A stretch of 64,000 nt of DNA from an uncultured Poribacteria bacterium (GCA_958296135.2 CATQHZ020000001.1:832001-896000), one strand, 5' to 3'; positions 39,037 through 49,495 are shown, counted from the stretch's first letter. Notes: a model not told the origin generated them from the letters alone. Numbers and translations: made by a program.

Positions 39037-40541
39037 GAGAATTGATGATTCAATGGACGCAGTGCCTGATAAATCTGCGCGTATGCCGCCAATTTCTCAT
39101 CGTAATGCGCGGCGACATTTTCACGCGGATAATAGACTTCACGCGGCGTGACGAGCTGCGCAACCGCTGCTTCAACGGACTCATATTTGCCGATGGCGGT
39201 GCCGGCTAAAATTGCTGTGCCGAGGCAGACACCTTCGGAGATGTCTAGTGCTACCACCTTTTTGCCGAACATGTCGGCCTTGAGTTGGAGCCATTTTTCG
39301 GATTTCGCGCCGCCGCCGATGGCGCGCACCTCGTTAATTATAACGCCGGCCTCTTGTAGCATGGCGAGATTCTGCTTTATCTCATAACTGATGCCTTCCA
39401 GGATGGCCTTGACGAGTTCGCCTCTTGTCGTGGAGAGCGTCAATCCGACAATCGCGCCTTTTGACTCCAAATCTAAATAAGGTGTCCCGGAGCCAGTAAA
39501 GTGCGGTAGCAACATCGCCGTGGCAGGTTCATCCGGCATTTCGGCGAGGAGCATGTCGTAGATGTCGCGGCTTTCTGCTGCTGCTTGCGCGACTTCTGCC
39601 TGCGCGAAGGTATCGCGATACCAGCGGAGGACAACGCCGCCGCTGGAGACAAATCCAAGCGTGACGTAAAGCCCATCGACGACGTGTGGGTAGCACGCGA
39701 AATTTCCGTCTATCATAGATTGATTGATGACAGGTTCGGTGAACGCGGGTGCGATGCACTCCACGGTGCCGGTTGCATCCATCACTTCGCCGCTGCGGAT
39801 GATGCCAGCACCCAGTGCGCCGCAGGGCTGGTCATGCCCTCCTGTGACTCCCACGACACCTCTCGGCAGGCCAAGTTCATCGGCGATTTTTGGGCTTACC
39901 TCCCCGATGATAGTGCCGGAGGGTGCGGTATTCGGCAAGAGGTTTGCATCCACATCCCCCAAACCGAGCATTTCGTCCGACCAGGTTTTGTTGATAATAT
40001 CGAAAGCCATCGTGCGCGCGGCGAGCGAATAATCCACCACGGGCGGAATGCCGAGTTGGAAATAGACGAAATCTTCAAAGCCAAGGAACTTCCACACTTG
40101 CCGGTAAATATCGGGTTGATTTCGTTGCATCCAGATAAGTTTTGGCAGCGTGTGAATGTCGCTCGGCGGCATCCCAGTGATGCGCATGACTTCCAGCGGA
40201 CTTAGCTGTCCCTTGAGTTCGTTGCAGATACCGGCGGTTCTATCATCGAACGTCGTGATGGCGTTCGCCAAGATAGCGCCGTTCGCCGAGATGGGTGTGA
40301 CTGCTTCGCCTTGCGATGCGACGCTGATAGCCTCAATCGGTTCGGCGTGTGTTTGCGCTGCAACCTGCTGAATACAGGCGGCGATGTTCTCCCAGACGAC
40401 ATGCGCATCTAATTCCGACCGGCCGGGTTGGGGATGGACGAGGGGGTACTCGCCGTATGCTTGCGCGAGAATTTCGCCATCTTCACGAAACGCGATGACT
40501 TTGCATCCAGTTGTGCCGACATCAATACCCAAAAGACTCAT
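39033..40541 (-). CDS. FGGY carbohydrate kinase (xylulokinase-like)
   Basis: LGIDVGTTGCK, GGHDQ, GT.E, AILEG, GGGAKS..W.Q..AD; 4-bp overlap with ROK gene. Confidence 0.92.
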   Translation of the reverse strand: MSLLGIDVGTTGCKVIAFREDGEILAQAYGEYPLVHPQPGRSELDAHVVWENIAACIQQVAAQTHAEPIEAISVASQGEAVTPISANGAILANAITTFDDRTAGICNELKGQLSPLEVMRITGMPPSDIHTLPKLIWMQRNQPDIYRQVWKFLGFEDFVYFQLGIPPVVDYSLAARTMAFDIINKTWSDEMLGLGDVDANLLPNTAPSGTIIGEVSPKIADELGLPRGVVGVTGGHDQPCGALGAGIIRSGEVMDATGTVECIAPAFTEPVINQSMIDGNFACYPHVVDGLYVTLGFVSSGGVVLRWYRDTFAQAEVAQAAAESRDIYDMLLAEMPDEPATAMLLPHFTGSGTPYLDLESKGAIVGLTLSTTRGELVKAILEGISYEIKQNLAMLQEAGVIINEVRAIGGGAKSEKWLQLKADMFGKKVVALDISEGVCLGTAILAGTAIGKYESVEAAVAQLVTPREVYYPRENVAAHYDEKLAAYAQIYQALRPLNHQFS

Positions 40542-40614
40542 TGACTTCTTCTCCTTGATACGGGATAAAAGTATGATATGATAAATGACGTTTTAATGCA
40601 AGGTTTTTTTTGGG

Positions 40615-40662
40615 TTGCAAAGTGTCGTTTTTTGTGGTATCCTATTCTGATGCGATGAAGTT
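40615..40662 (+). promoter_or_regulatory. Sigma70-like promoter, copy A
   Basis: TTGCAA-17-TATCCT with extended TG; near-duplicate at 44433-44479. Confidence 0.55.
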
Positions 40663-41022
40663 AAAAGGGGCCCTTAGTCCGTAGGGCGGGGTGCTGTGCT
40701 GCGCCGTGCCTAGGTCTGTAGAGCAGATGTCCCGAACATCGAGACGCGGGAGGTCTCTCCTACCGGGGGACAGGTTGTCCCTCGCGCTGCGGTTAAAAGG
40801 GGTCTTTTTTCGCGATCTGGGCATCGCGAGGCACAAGACCTCGCGCTACGGTTGAAGGGGCCTTCGCGCTACGGTGAAAAGGGGCCGCTTTCGCGCGATG
40901 GTTGAAGGGGTCCTTAGTCCGTAGGGCGCGGTCCTGTGCTGCGCCATGCATCGATCTATCAAGAGGAATCGCGAGGGACAGGTTTTCCCTCGCGCTACGG
41001 TGAAAAGGGGCCTTTCGTGCTA
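40663..41022. repeat. Mosaic REP array
   Basis: All three major hairpin families present. Confidence 0.85.
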
Positions 41023-41041
41023 CGAAGGAGAAATACAATAG

Positions 41042-41551
41042 ATGGAACCTAAAATCCTTGTTGAAAGCAAAGGCAAACCCGTAAGAGACGTGGATTTGCT
41101 GGTGTTGTTTCCAAATACAACATGGAAACAAGTTTTCAGTGACGAAACGGGACAAGCTTGTCCCAAGCTTTATACGAACAAGTTACCGATGACTGTCTTC
41201 GCCGCATGTCCCGGCTTCAAGGCGTATGTGGAAAAAGACTGGGTGCCGGCGGAGAGAGTGCTGACAATTGAGCTGCAAGAATTACCCGATGGCGGTTCAC
41301 GTATCTTTCCACTATGCACCGGCTGCCTGCCACAATTTGAGGGGCGGTTAAACCCTATTCTTGATAGCGGAAAACGGACGTATCTCTACGCCGACAACAT
41401 TGCTATCAATGATGCCGACACACAGCCTGTCTCTTTCAAGTTCGGCGAGGATTTGCACCTCGTCGATTCAAACGGCAAGGCGTTGATGGTGCGAATCGTG
41501 GACATGATTAACAGAGCAGCGTTGTTGCAATTCCGTAAGTCGACACCCTAA
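41042..41551 (+). CDS. Hypothetical protein (169 aa)
   Basis: AAGGAG RBS; beta-rich, protein-like; no family recognised. Confidence 0.7.
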   Translation: MEPKILVESKGKPVRDVDLLVLFPNTTWKQVFSDETGQACPKLYTNKLPMTVFAACPGFKAYVEKDWVPAERVLTIELQELPDGGSRIFPLCTGCLPQFEGRLNPILDSGKRTYLYADNIAINDADTQPVSFKFGEDLHLVDSNGKALMVRIVDMINRAALLQFRKSTP

Positions 41552-41632
41552 GCGGAGACACGGCGGTTATGGCAGACTGGATGCGTCCTCAACGGACCGA
41601 CCCGCAGCTAGATAAACAACAGCGAGAGATAT

Positions 41633-44398
41633 ATGTCCTCATACCGAAAGAAATTAATTGAAGTCAGCCTGCCATTGGAGGCCATCAATCGCGAATCCGC
41701 AAAGGATGCATCGCTGACGCATGGGCATCCGTCAACACTGCACAGATACTGGGCGCGCCGCCCGCTCGCAACCTGTCGGGCTATCATTTTTGCCAGTCTG
41801 GTGGATGACCCGGGCTCTTGCGAGGATGAATTTCCTACCGAGAGCGACCAGGGCGCAGAACGCAACCGACTCCACGGCCTCCTCCGGCAGCTCGTTGTCT
41901 GGAAAAATAGCAACGATGAGAATATCTTGGCGGCGGCGCGATATGAAATTGCCCGTTCCATTGCACGTCACCGCGGCGAGACTGCCCCCGCGACATCCGA
42001 TGCGGTGTTGCGATACCTCAGTGAGCACTGCCCCGCGGTTTACGATCCGTTTTGTGGTGGTGGCTCCATTCCGCTAGAGGCGCAGCGGCTCGGACTTCGC
42101 GCGCGAGGCTCTGATTTGAACCCGCTGCCGGTGCTGATCACAAAGGCTATGGTTGAACTCCCGCATCCCTTCCGCGACCTTCCTCCCGTGAACCTCAACG
42201 TTCAGCCGTCAAGCAGGATTGTGAAAGAGGGCAGGTGGCGCGGCACGGCGGGTTTGGCGAACGATGTCCGCTACTATGGTGCGTGGGTGCGCGAGGAGGC
42301 ACACAAGCGTATCGGCCACCTTTACCCGGACGTGCAACTGCGCGATGGGAAAAAGGCGACTGTCGCAGCATGGTTATGGGCGCGCACTGTGCCGTGTATT
42401 AATCCGGCGTGCGGGCTCCAGATGCCGCTGCTGAAAACTTTTCAACTTTGCAGAAAAAAGGGGAATGAGCATTGGGTGAAGCCGGTTGTGGATCGGGAAT
42501 CAAATCAAATCTCATGGCAGGTGCAGCGTCATACCGAGGGAGTGCCGAAGCGCGGCACTGTCAACCGCACTGGTGCGCACTGTGTTGCTTGCGGAAGTGC
42601 TGTCAAATTAGATTATGTCCGCGAGCAGGCAAGCGCGGGCAAAATGGGAGAAACGTTGACAGCGGTAGTCGCCGAGGGAAAAACGAAGTTGTTTATCTCT
42701 CCTACCGATTCGGACATTCAAGCTGCTTTCAAAGCCACGGCAAGTTGGAGACCGAGGGGAAAACTGCCACATCATGCAGCGAATTTAAGGGTGCAGGGTT
42801 ATGGTATAACCGATTGGCATCAACTTTTCACTGAGCGGCAGCTTACCGCGCTTACCACTTTTAGCAATTTACTGTCAGAGGCTCGCAACCGTGTGATACA
42901 AGATGGTGCAGGAACCGACTATGCAGACGCTCTTTGCACCTATCTTGCTTTAGCTGTTGGAAGGGCTGCAGACGGCCACTCTAGTTTCACGTTCTGGTAT
43001 AACACCAATGAACGTGTTGTTGGGGTTTTCGCGAGCCAATTCATTCCAATGCGGTGGAATTTTCCTGAGGCAAATCCTTTCTCCGATGCCAGACAAAATT
43101 GGATGTCTCAGGTTAAGTTAGTAGCTAAGGCAGTTGAGAATTTGCCTGCTTTAGCGAACATCAGCGAGGCCTATCAAGCAGATGCAACTACTACGAGGCA
43201 TGCTGATGATGGGCCTGTTATTGTCACCGATCCGCCGTACTACGATAACATCGGATACGCCGATTTGTCTGACTTCTTTTATGTCTGGCTGAGACCGGTG
43301 CTCCGTGACACCTATCCGGCACTGTTTAGCGGCATAGTAACGCCGAAAGATGAAGAAATGATTGTGAACAAAAATCGGTTTGAAGATTCCCATACACGTT
43401 TTGAGGCATTAATGGCAAAGGCACTGCTGCGGATACGCCGGAACTGCACCGACGAGTTTCCGTCCTCCATTTTCTATGCCTACAAACAGCAGGAGGAGGC
43501 ACGCGATGGCAAAACCTCCACCGGGTGGGAAACGATGCTGACAGCTGTTGTTGAGGCAGGCTTTCAAATCGTCGGTACATGGCCCATGCGCACCGAACAA
43601 CTAAAGGCACTCAAGTCACGGAAAAACGCCCTCGCTTCATCCATCGTGCTCGTTTGCAGGCCGCGGCCCGAAGATGCGCCGTTCATCACCCTTCGGAACT
43701 TTCAGGCGGAACTCAAAAAGGCGATGCCGCCCGCACTCCGAAGACTCACCCGCACCGCAAAGATAAGTCCCGTAGATCTGGCGCAAGCCGCCATCGGCCC
43801 CGGTATGGAGGTGTATTCTCGCTACAGCAAAGTGATGCGCATCAGCGGCGAGATTGTCCCGATTCGCGAGGCACTGAAATATATCAACGACGAAATCACC
43901 GCTTACCATGAAGAAGAGAGCGGCACATTGGACAAGACGACGCAATTCTGTTTGACATGGTTCAAGCAGCACGGGTATCAGGAGGGCGATTTCGGCACGG
44001 CGCAGCTGCTCGCTACCGCGACGGGTGTTGATGTCGCCAGTCTGCATGGAAAAGTGCTGACGGCGGAACGGGGACGGGTGAAACTTTTCCGTCGCGAGGA
44101 TTACTATGAGCGTGAATTGAGCGATGAGGTGTCGGCGTGGGAGGGATGCCAGCAGATGGCGTTCCATCTGTCGGATGTTGCGGTAGGCGGTGGTATCCAA
44201 GCGTGTGCGGCGGTGTTGCGCGCGATGGGGGCTCAGGAGGATTCGGCGGAGCGTCTGGCGCGCGTGTTGTATAGTTATTATGAGGCATTGGACGATTCGG
44301 CGAGTGCGTTAGTCTATAACAATTTGGTTCAGCAGTGGCCCGTGATTTGGGATGCGAGTCGTTCGCCGCGGCAACAGTCGGTCTTCAAGGCTGTCTGA
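41633..44398 (+). CDS. DUF1156 family DNA amino-methyltransferase with Zn-ribbon
   Basis: KKLIEVSLPL..GHPSTLH.YWARRPLA, DPFCGGGSIPLEA (motif I), C..PAC/C..CG, TDPPYYDN (motif IV). Confidence 0.9.
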   Translation: MSSYRKKLIEVSLPLEAINRESAKDASLTHGHPSTLHRYWARRPLATCRAIIFASLVDDPGSCEDEFPTESDQGAERNRLHGLLRQLVVWKNSNDENILAAARYEIARSIARHRGETAPATSDAVLRYLSEHCPAVYDPFCGGGSIPLEAQRLGLRARGSDLNPLPVLITKAMVELPHPFRDLPPVNLNVQPSSRIVKEGRWRGTAGLANDVRYYGAWVREEAHKRIGHLYPDVQLRDGKKATVAAWLWARTVPCINPACGLQMPLLKTFQLCRKKGNEHWVKPVVDRESNQISWQVQRHTEGVPKRGTVNRTGAHCVACGSAVKLDYVREQASAGKMGETLTAVVAEGKTKLFISPTDSDIQAAFKATASWRPRGKLPHHAANLRVQGYGITDWHQLFTERQLTALTTFSNLLSEARNRVIQDGAGTDYADALCTYLALAVGRAADGHSSFTFWYNTNERVVGVFASQFIPMRWNFPEANPFSDARQNWMSQVKLVAKAVENLPALANISEAYQADATTTRHADDGPVIVTDPPYYDNIGYADLSDFFYVWLRPVLRDTYPALFSGIVTPKDEEMIVNKNRFEDSHTRFEALMAKALLRIRRNCTDEFPSSIFYAYKQQEEARDGKTSTGWETMLTAVVEAGFQIVGTWPMRTEQLKALKSRKNALASSIVLVCRPRPEDAPFITLRNFQAELKKAMPPALRRLTRTAKISPVDLAQAAIGPGMEVYSRYSKVMRISGEIVPIREALKYINDEITAYHEEESGTLDKTTQFCLTWFKQHGYQEGDFGTAQLLATATGVDVASLHGKVLTAERGRVKLFRREDYYERELSDEVSAWEGCQQMAFHLSDVAVGGGIQACAAVLRAMGAQEDSAERLARVLYSYYEALDDSASALVYNNLVQQWPVIWDASRSPRQQSVFKAV

Positions 44399-44432
44399 AT
44401 CGCGGATCCTGGGGATCCTTAAAGATGTTTTC

Positions 44433-44479
44433 TTGCAAAGTGTTGTTTTTTGTGGTATGCTATCTGATGCGGTGAAGTT
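44433..44479 (+). promoter_or_regulatory. Sigma70-like promoter, copy B
   Basis: TTGCAA-17-TATGCT with extended TG. Confidence 0.55.
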
Positions 44480-44524
44480 TTCGTATTGAATTGAGAGGTA
44501 GTCCTCAAAAGCGAGGTAACCGTT

Positions 44525-44818
44525 ATGAAAACAAAACCCGAAGTTGAGGTGCGATTCACGCTCCCAATTTCCGAGGGCTGCCTGTGCCACAAAGGTGCCG
44601 CGGAGCAGAAAGCAAAGACCGCGTACGTGTTGGGGTTGCTCCGACACGGTGACATTAGCGCGGGCCGCGCCGCGAAGCTTCTGAACGTTTCGCGATGGGA
44701 GCTCTCCGAACTGATGTATGAGGCGGGCATCTCCCCTTTTGACGACAGTCTCACTGCGGAAACGCTTGCGGCGGAAGTGGAGACGGCTCTGAAGGTTTTG
44801 ACTGGCCGGACACGATGA
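44525..44818 (+). CDS. UPF0175 family putative antitoxin
   Basis: G.IS.GRAAKLL.VSRWE..EL pattern; ATGA overlap with next gene. Confidence 0.82.
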   Translation: MKTKPEVEVRFTLPISEGCLCHKGAAEQKAKTAYVLGLLRHGDISAGRAAKLLNVSRWELSELMYEAGISPFDDSLTAETLAAEVETALKVLTGRTR

Positions 44819-44991
44819 TTGTTTCAAATAGCACGCCGTTGATTGAGCTCTCGAAAATTCGGCGATTGGAGTTGCTTCGGGAGGTGTACGGACAGGGCTT
44901 CGTGCGACGGGCTCCAGGGGCTACGGGGCTTCGCGAGGGACAGTGGACATCTCTGCAGCGAGGCTGCAGAGATGACAAAGTTTCGGCGTAA
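44815..44991 (+). pseudogene. Truncated DUF3368 (PIN-like) toxin
   Basis: MIVSNSTPLIELSKIRRLELLREVYG matches the family N-terminus, then runs into REP sequence and stops at 58 aa. Confidence 0.75.
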
Positions 44992-45278
44992 CGGCCCTCG
45001 CGCTACGGTTAAAAGGGCCTTGCGAGGGGAGCCCTCGGCGATTCGCGCTCGCCGGGTTTTCCCTCGCGCTACGGTTGAAGGGCCTTTCGTGCTACGGTTA
45101 AAAGGGGCCTTTCGCGAGGGACGGGCCCTCGTGCTACGGCAACATTGAGACCGGGGGTTTCTCCTACAACATTGAGACGCGGGAGGTTTCTCCTACAACA
45201 TCGAGACCGGGGGTTTCTCCTACAACATCGAGACCGGGGGTTTCTCCTACAACATCGAGACCGGGAGGTCTCTCCTAC
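44930..45278. repeat. REP array ending in five 27-29 bp tandem units
   Basis: aacat(t/c)gagac..gg..gt.tctcctac at 45141, 45168, 45197, 45224, 45251. Confidence 0.88.
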
Positions 45279-45292
45279 AAGGGGACAGCATT

Positions 45293-46066
45293 ATGCGTTT
45301 TGAAAATAAGGTGGCGTTTGTAACGGGGGGCGGCGGACCGCTCGGTATTGGGAGGGCAGCATGCCTCGCATTTGCGCGTGAAGGCGCAGCAGTGGTTGTC
45401 GCCGGGGGACGAAGCGCAGATGCTGTTGCGGCTGAGGTGAACGCAAATGGCGGTAAAGCGATTGCGGTGCCGTTGGATGTTACCGTGCCGGAACAGGTTC
45501 AAGCGGCCGTTGATACGACATTAAATCGTTTTAATCGGGTGGACATTCTGTTCAATAATGCGGGTATTCTCGGCCGCCAGCCGTTGCTTGAGCTCACGCC
45601 GGTGCAGTTTGATAAGGTGATGGCGGTGAACGTCAAAGGGTTTCTGCTGTGCGCGCAGGCGGTGGCGAAGGTGATGATAGCCCAAGGCATCCGTGGGCGA
45701 ATCATTAACAATTCCTCTATCTTCGCGGAGGAATCACACGTTGGCGTGCTCAGTTATTGCGTGAGCAAAGCCGCCGTGAATCGGCTAACTCGCAGCCTCG
45801 CGCTGGAGCTTCGTCCGTATGGCATTACTGTCAATGCGGTGGCCCCGGGCGGCGGCGCGCCGACTGGTATGAACGCGGCGCAAAATCTTCCTGACGATGA
45901 TGCTTTGCCTGCCTTGCCGTCGGCTTCGCCGGATGCCGCACCGCTTGAACGCGGCGCGACGGTTTGGGACTACATCGGCGCGGTGTTGTTCCTTGCTTCC
46001 GATGAGGCGGCTTATATCAGTGGGGATATTATGACGATTGATGGCGGCGCGGTGGCGCGGCGATAA
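45293..46066 (+). CDS. Short-chain dehydrogenase/reductase
   Basis: TGGG...GIG, NNAG, Y.VSK, VNAVAPG, IDGG. Confidence 0.93.
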   Translation: MRFENKVAFVTGGGGPLGIGRAACLAFAREGAAVVVAGGRSADAVAAEVNANGGKAIAVPLDVTVPEQVQAAVDTTLNRFNRVDILFNNAGILGRQPLLELTPVQFDKVMAVNVKGFLLCAQAVAKVMIAQGIRGRIINNSSIFAEESHVGVLSYCVSKAAVNRLTRSLALELRPYGITVNAVAPGGGAPTGMNAAQNLPDDDALPALPSASPDAAPLERGATVWDYIGAVLFLASDEAAYISGDIMTIDGGAVARR

Positions 46067-46078
46067 GGAGAAAATCGA

Positions 46079-46564
46079 TTGGCGTTCATTGAGGGATTAA
46101 AAAATTACGGCACGCTCTCCTGGGAGTGGCTCAGCGCGCAAAGCGAGCCCCTCTTTGTGTTTTTAAAGGCGCATTGGCTCATCGTCAGCATCCTTTCCGC
46201 TATCAGTTTGGTGGGGAGCCTCGTTGGCTGCGCTGTTGTCATCGTTTACCTGCCGTGTGACTATTTCGCTGCCACAAAACGGGTGAGCCGCATTAAGTCT
46301 CCCGTTTTGCGCTTCGGGCTGTCTCTTCTGAAAAATGTGTTTGCGGTATTGCTGATTGTGGTAGGGATTGCGCAGTTGGTGCTGCCGGGACAAGGCGTTT
46401 TGACGATACTTATGGGGCTCGTCATCAGCGATATCCCCGGCAAGCGGCGGCTGGAGCGTCGCCTGATTCGTTTGCCGGCGATACTTGCGTCTGCGAATGC
46501 TATCCGTGCGCGGTTTAAACGGCAACCGCTGGTGTTAGATGGAAAAGGTGGCGATACGCAGTGA
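46079..46564 (+). CDS. PGPGW-like membrane protein
   Basis: TM segments, LVLPGQG.LT...G....D.PGK..LE motif; AAGGAG RBS, TTG start. Confidence 0.72.
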   Translation: MAFIEGLKNYGTLSWEWLSAQSEPLFVFLKAHWLIVSILSAISLVGSLVGCAVVIVYLPCDYFAATKRVSRIKSPVLRFGLSLLKNVFAVLLIVVGIAQLVLPGQGVLTILMGLVISDIPGKRRLERRLIRLPAILASANAIRARFKRQPLVLDGKGGDTQ

Positions 46565-46588
46565 CGCGGCGTTGGATCGGCATACTGG

Positions 46589-47887
46589 TTAGTCCTCTTC
46601 AAACCGAATTTTCATCGCGGCGGCGTGTCCCTCCAATCCCTCTATCTCGGCGAGTTTCACTACATCCGGCGTGACCTTCGCTAAAGCGGGCTTGGTGTAG
46701 GAGATGAGGCTTGTCTTCTTAAGGAAATCGTCAACGCTTAGCGGCGAGGCATAGCGCGCTGCGGTGCCTGTCGGCAGGACATGATTCGGGCCGGCAATGT
46801 AATCTCCAACTGCTTCTGGCGAGTACGGCCCGAGGAGAATTGCCCCTGCGTTCCGAATCTTACTGAACCAGTCAAGGAGGTTCTCCACGTGCAATTCGAC
46901 GTGTTCTGGTGCGATGGCGTTTGCGAATTCAACGGCTTCCGTTAAGTTTTCAACGATAAAGGCTGCGCCGTAGTTTTCCAAGGCGCGCACAATTTCTTGT
47001 TGGCGCGGCAGCGTTTGCGCTTGGATATCGATGGCGGCTTTCACTTGCTCCGCGAATCCGAGTGATGGGGTTACAAGGAGCGCCGAGCAGTCCGCGTGGT
47101 GTTCTGCCTGCGAGATCAGGTCGGCGGCGACATAATCCGGGTCTGCCGTGCTGTCGGCGATGACGAGGATTTCGCTGGGTCCGGCGAGTTTATCTATATC
47201 GACGTGTCCGTAGACCTCTTTTTTGGCGAGTTGGACGTAAAGATTGCCGGGTCCGACGATTTTGTCAACGGGCTTCACAGTCTCGGTGCCGTATGCCATT
47301 GCGGCGACGGCCTGCGCGCCGCCGCATTTGTAAACTTCGCGAATGCCACATTCTGCTGCTGTCACGAGCATGTACGGGTTAAGTTTGCGGTTTCGTTGCG
47401 GCCCCATGCAGAGTGCGATTTCTTCGACACCGGCGACGGTGGCTGGCACCACGCACATCAGCAACGAAGAGACCAGGAGTTGGCTCACCGATGGGACACA
47501 GACTCCCACCCGTTTTAAGGGCCGGATGAGGTGTCCCAGTAGCACGCCATCGGCTTCAGTGGACATCCATGAGGTGCGGAGTTGCTTTTGGTGAAACTTC
47601 TCAATGTTCGTGCGTGCGTGCGTGATAGCGTCAATAAAGTCAGAGGTAACCTCTAAATACGCTTGTCCGAATTCTTCACGCGAGACAGGGAGTTCCTTCG
47701 CGGCGAAGCGCGGCGCATCGAGTTTACGGGTGTACCGGACGACAGCTTTATCGCCTTCGCTTTGCACGTCGCTCAGCGTGCGTCGGACTGTCTTTAAGAT
47801 ACCTTCGTCTGTTAATTTGCCCCGCGCGTTCAGTTTTGCGAGGAAAGCGTCTGCTTCTGGGGTTTGCGTGTCAAGAATTCGCAACAT
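46589..47887 (-). CDS. hisD: Histidinol dehydrogenase
   Basis: GGAQA.AAMAYGT, KIVGPGN, AGPSE, QAEH, APEH, GDY.AGPNHVLPT, EGL..HA. Confidence 0.96.
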   Translation of the reverse strand: MLRILDTQTPEADAFLAKLNARGKLTDEGILKTVRRTLSDVQSEGDKAVVRYTRKLDAPRFAAKELPVSREEFGQAYLEVTSDFIDAITHARTNIEKFHQKQLRTSWMSTEADGVLLGHLIRPLKRVGVCVPSVSQLLVSSLLMCVVPATVAGVEEIALCMGPQRNRKLNPYMLVTAAECGIREVYKCGGAQAVAAMAYGTETVKPVDKIVGPGNLYVQLAKKEVYGHVDIDKLAGPSEILVIADSTADPDYVAADLISQAEHHADCSALLVTPSLGFAEQVKAAIDIQAQTLPRQQEIVRALENYGAAFIVENLTEAVEFANAIAPEHVELHVENLLDWFSKIRNAGAILLGPYSPEAVGDYIAGPNHVLPTGTAARYASPLSVDDFLKKTSLISYTKPALAKVTPDVVKLAEIEGLEGHAAAMKIRFEED

Positions 47888-47914
47888 TGCTGAGTTATTT
47901 CTCCTTGTAACGTG

Positions 47915-48212
47915 CCGGGTCCTCGTGCTGCGGTGCATTGCGAGGGGAACTCTCCTATCGGAAATCGAGACCGGGAGGTCTCTCCTACCTCGTGCTGCGG
48001 TGCGTTGCGAGGGGAACCCTCGGCGATTCGCGATCGCCGGGCCCTCGCGCTACGATAGAAGGGGCGCGGTACGGTGCGCGGTGCATCGCGAGGCACAGGA
48101 CCTCGCGCTACGATAGAAGGGGCGCGGTACGGTGCGCGGTGCATCGCGAGGCACAGGACCTCGCGCTACGATAGAAGGGGCGCGGTACGGTGCGCGATAC
48201 GGTGCGCGATAC
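47915..48212. repeat. REP array with 58-bp tandem units
   Basis: Units at 48043, 48101, 48159. Confidence 0.85.
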
Positions 48213-48214
48213 GG

Positions 48215-49495
48215 TTACATTTCTCCCCAAGAGTCGTCAACTCTAAGGATATTTGCGCCGATGCGGTTCAACTTTTTCTCGATTGATTCGTATCCCCGGT
48301 CGATGTGATAGACGCGCGATACGACGGTTTCGCCGACTGCTGCCATGCCTGCTGCGACTAGTACTGCGCCGGCTCGCAAATCGGAGGCCATCACAGGTGC
48401 GCCGCTGAGGTGCTTCACGCCGTTAATGATAGCCCGGCGGCCATCCAGCATGATGTCTGCGCCCATTCGGTTGAGTTCGGCGGCGTGTATAAACCGGTCG
48501 GTGTGTACCTTTTCGGTGATAACGCTGGTGCCTGATGCGATGCAGAGGAGTCCCATTATCTGCGCCTGCATATCTGTTGGGAATTCTGGGAACGGGCTTG
48601 TCGTTACGTCGATGCCGCTGATTTGCCGGGGTGTTGTGACGCGCACGCCGCCTTCGTCCCAATCCAATTCCACGCCTGCTTCGACGAGTTTATCCGAGAC
48701 AGCGGGGAGTTGCGCGTACGTAATGCCTTTGACATAGACATCGCCTTTTGTGATGGCGGCGGCTGCCATGAAGGTGCCTGCCTCAATATCGTCGGTGATA
48801 ACGGTGTGTTCGGTGCCGTGTAGATGTTTGACACCGTGGATTGTCAGCACGGATGTGCCGATGCCCTCGATGTTCGCGCCCATTGCATTGAGGAACTGGG
48901 CCAGATCGCTGATGTGCGGTTCGCGGGCGGCGCCCCGGATGACGGTTGTCCCTTCTGCCAACGTGGCGGCCATCATGACGTTTGCGGTTGCGCCGACGCT
49001 TGGGCCGTATTGCCCGGTTAGGTACATTTCTGTTCCGATTAGACGTGGTGCCTGCGCGTAAATGTAACCTTTCTGCACTTGCACCTGTGCGCCGAGGTGT
49101 TCTAACCCGCGGATGTGCAAATCGATCGGCCGCGGCCCGATGGCACATCCGCCTGGGAACGAGACTTTGGCGCGTCCGAGTTTGGCGAGAAGGGGCCCGA
49201 GGACATAGATGGATGCGCGCATTTTCCGCACGAGTTCGTAAGGTGCCTCATACTCCAGATGGTTCACCGGCTGGATGTAGAGCGTGGCATCTTTCAGTTT
49301 AGTTGAGGCACCGAGGCCCTCTAACACGGCGCGTAGTGTTGCGACGTCTGTCAAATTTGGCACATTGTGGAGCACGCTGACACCGTCGCCGAGGATCGCC
49401 GCGGCGACTGCGATGGGGAGCACGGCGTTTTTGCACCCACTGACTGGGATAGTTCCTTCGAGTCGAGTGGCCCCGTTGACAATCAATTTTTCCAT
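48215..49495 (-). CDS. murA: UDP-N-acetylglucosamine 1-carboxyvinyltransferase
   Basis: SG.KNA, KMRAS, PGGCAIGPRP, SVGAT, FPTDMQ, DLRAGA, HIDRGY. Confidence 0.97.
   Translation of the reverse strand: MEKLIVNGATRLEGTIPVSGCKNAVLPIAVAAAILGDGVSVLHNVPNLTDVATLRAVLEGLGASTKLKDATLYIQPVNHLEYEAPYELVRKMRASIYVLGPLLAKLGRAKVSFPGGCAIGPRPIDLHIRGLEHLGAQVQVQKGYIYAQAPRLIGTEMYLTGQYGPSVGATANVMMAATLAEGTTVIRGAAREPHISDLAQFLNAMGANIEGIGTSVLTIHGVKHLHGTEHTVITDDIEAGTFMAAAAITKGDVYVKGITYAQLPAVSDKLVEAGVELDWDEGGVRVTTPRQISGIDVTTSPFPEFPTDMQAQIMGLLCIASGTSVITEKVHTDRFIHAAELNRMGADIMLDGRRAIINGVKHLSGAPVMASDLRAGAVLVAAGMAAVGETVVSRVYHIDRGYESIEKKLNRIGANILRVDDSWGEM

Noticed and set aside
45141-45278. CRISPR-like run of 27-29 bp repeats
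   Set aside because: Units abut with no unique spacers; same motif is a dispersed REP; no cas genes.
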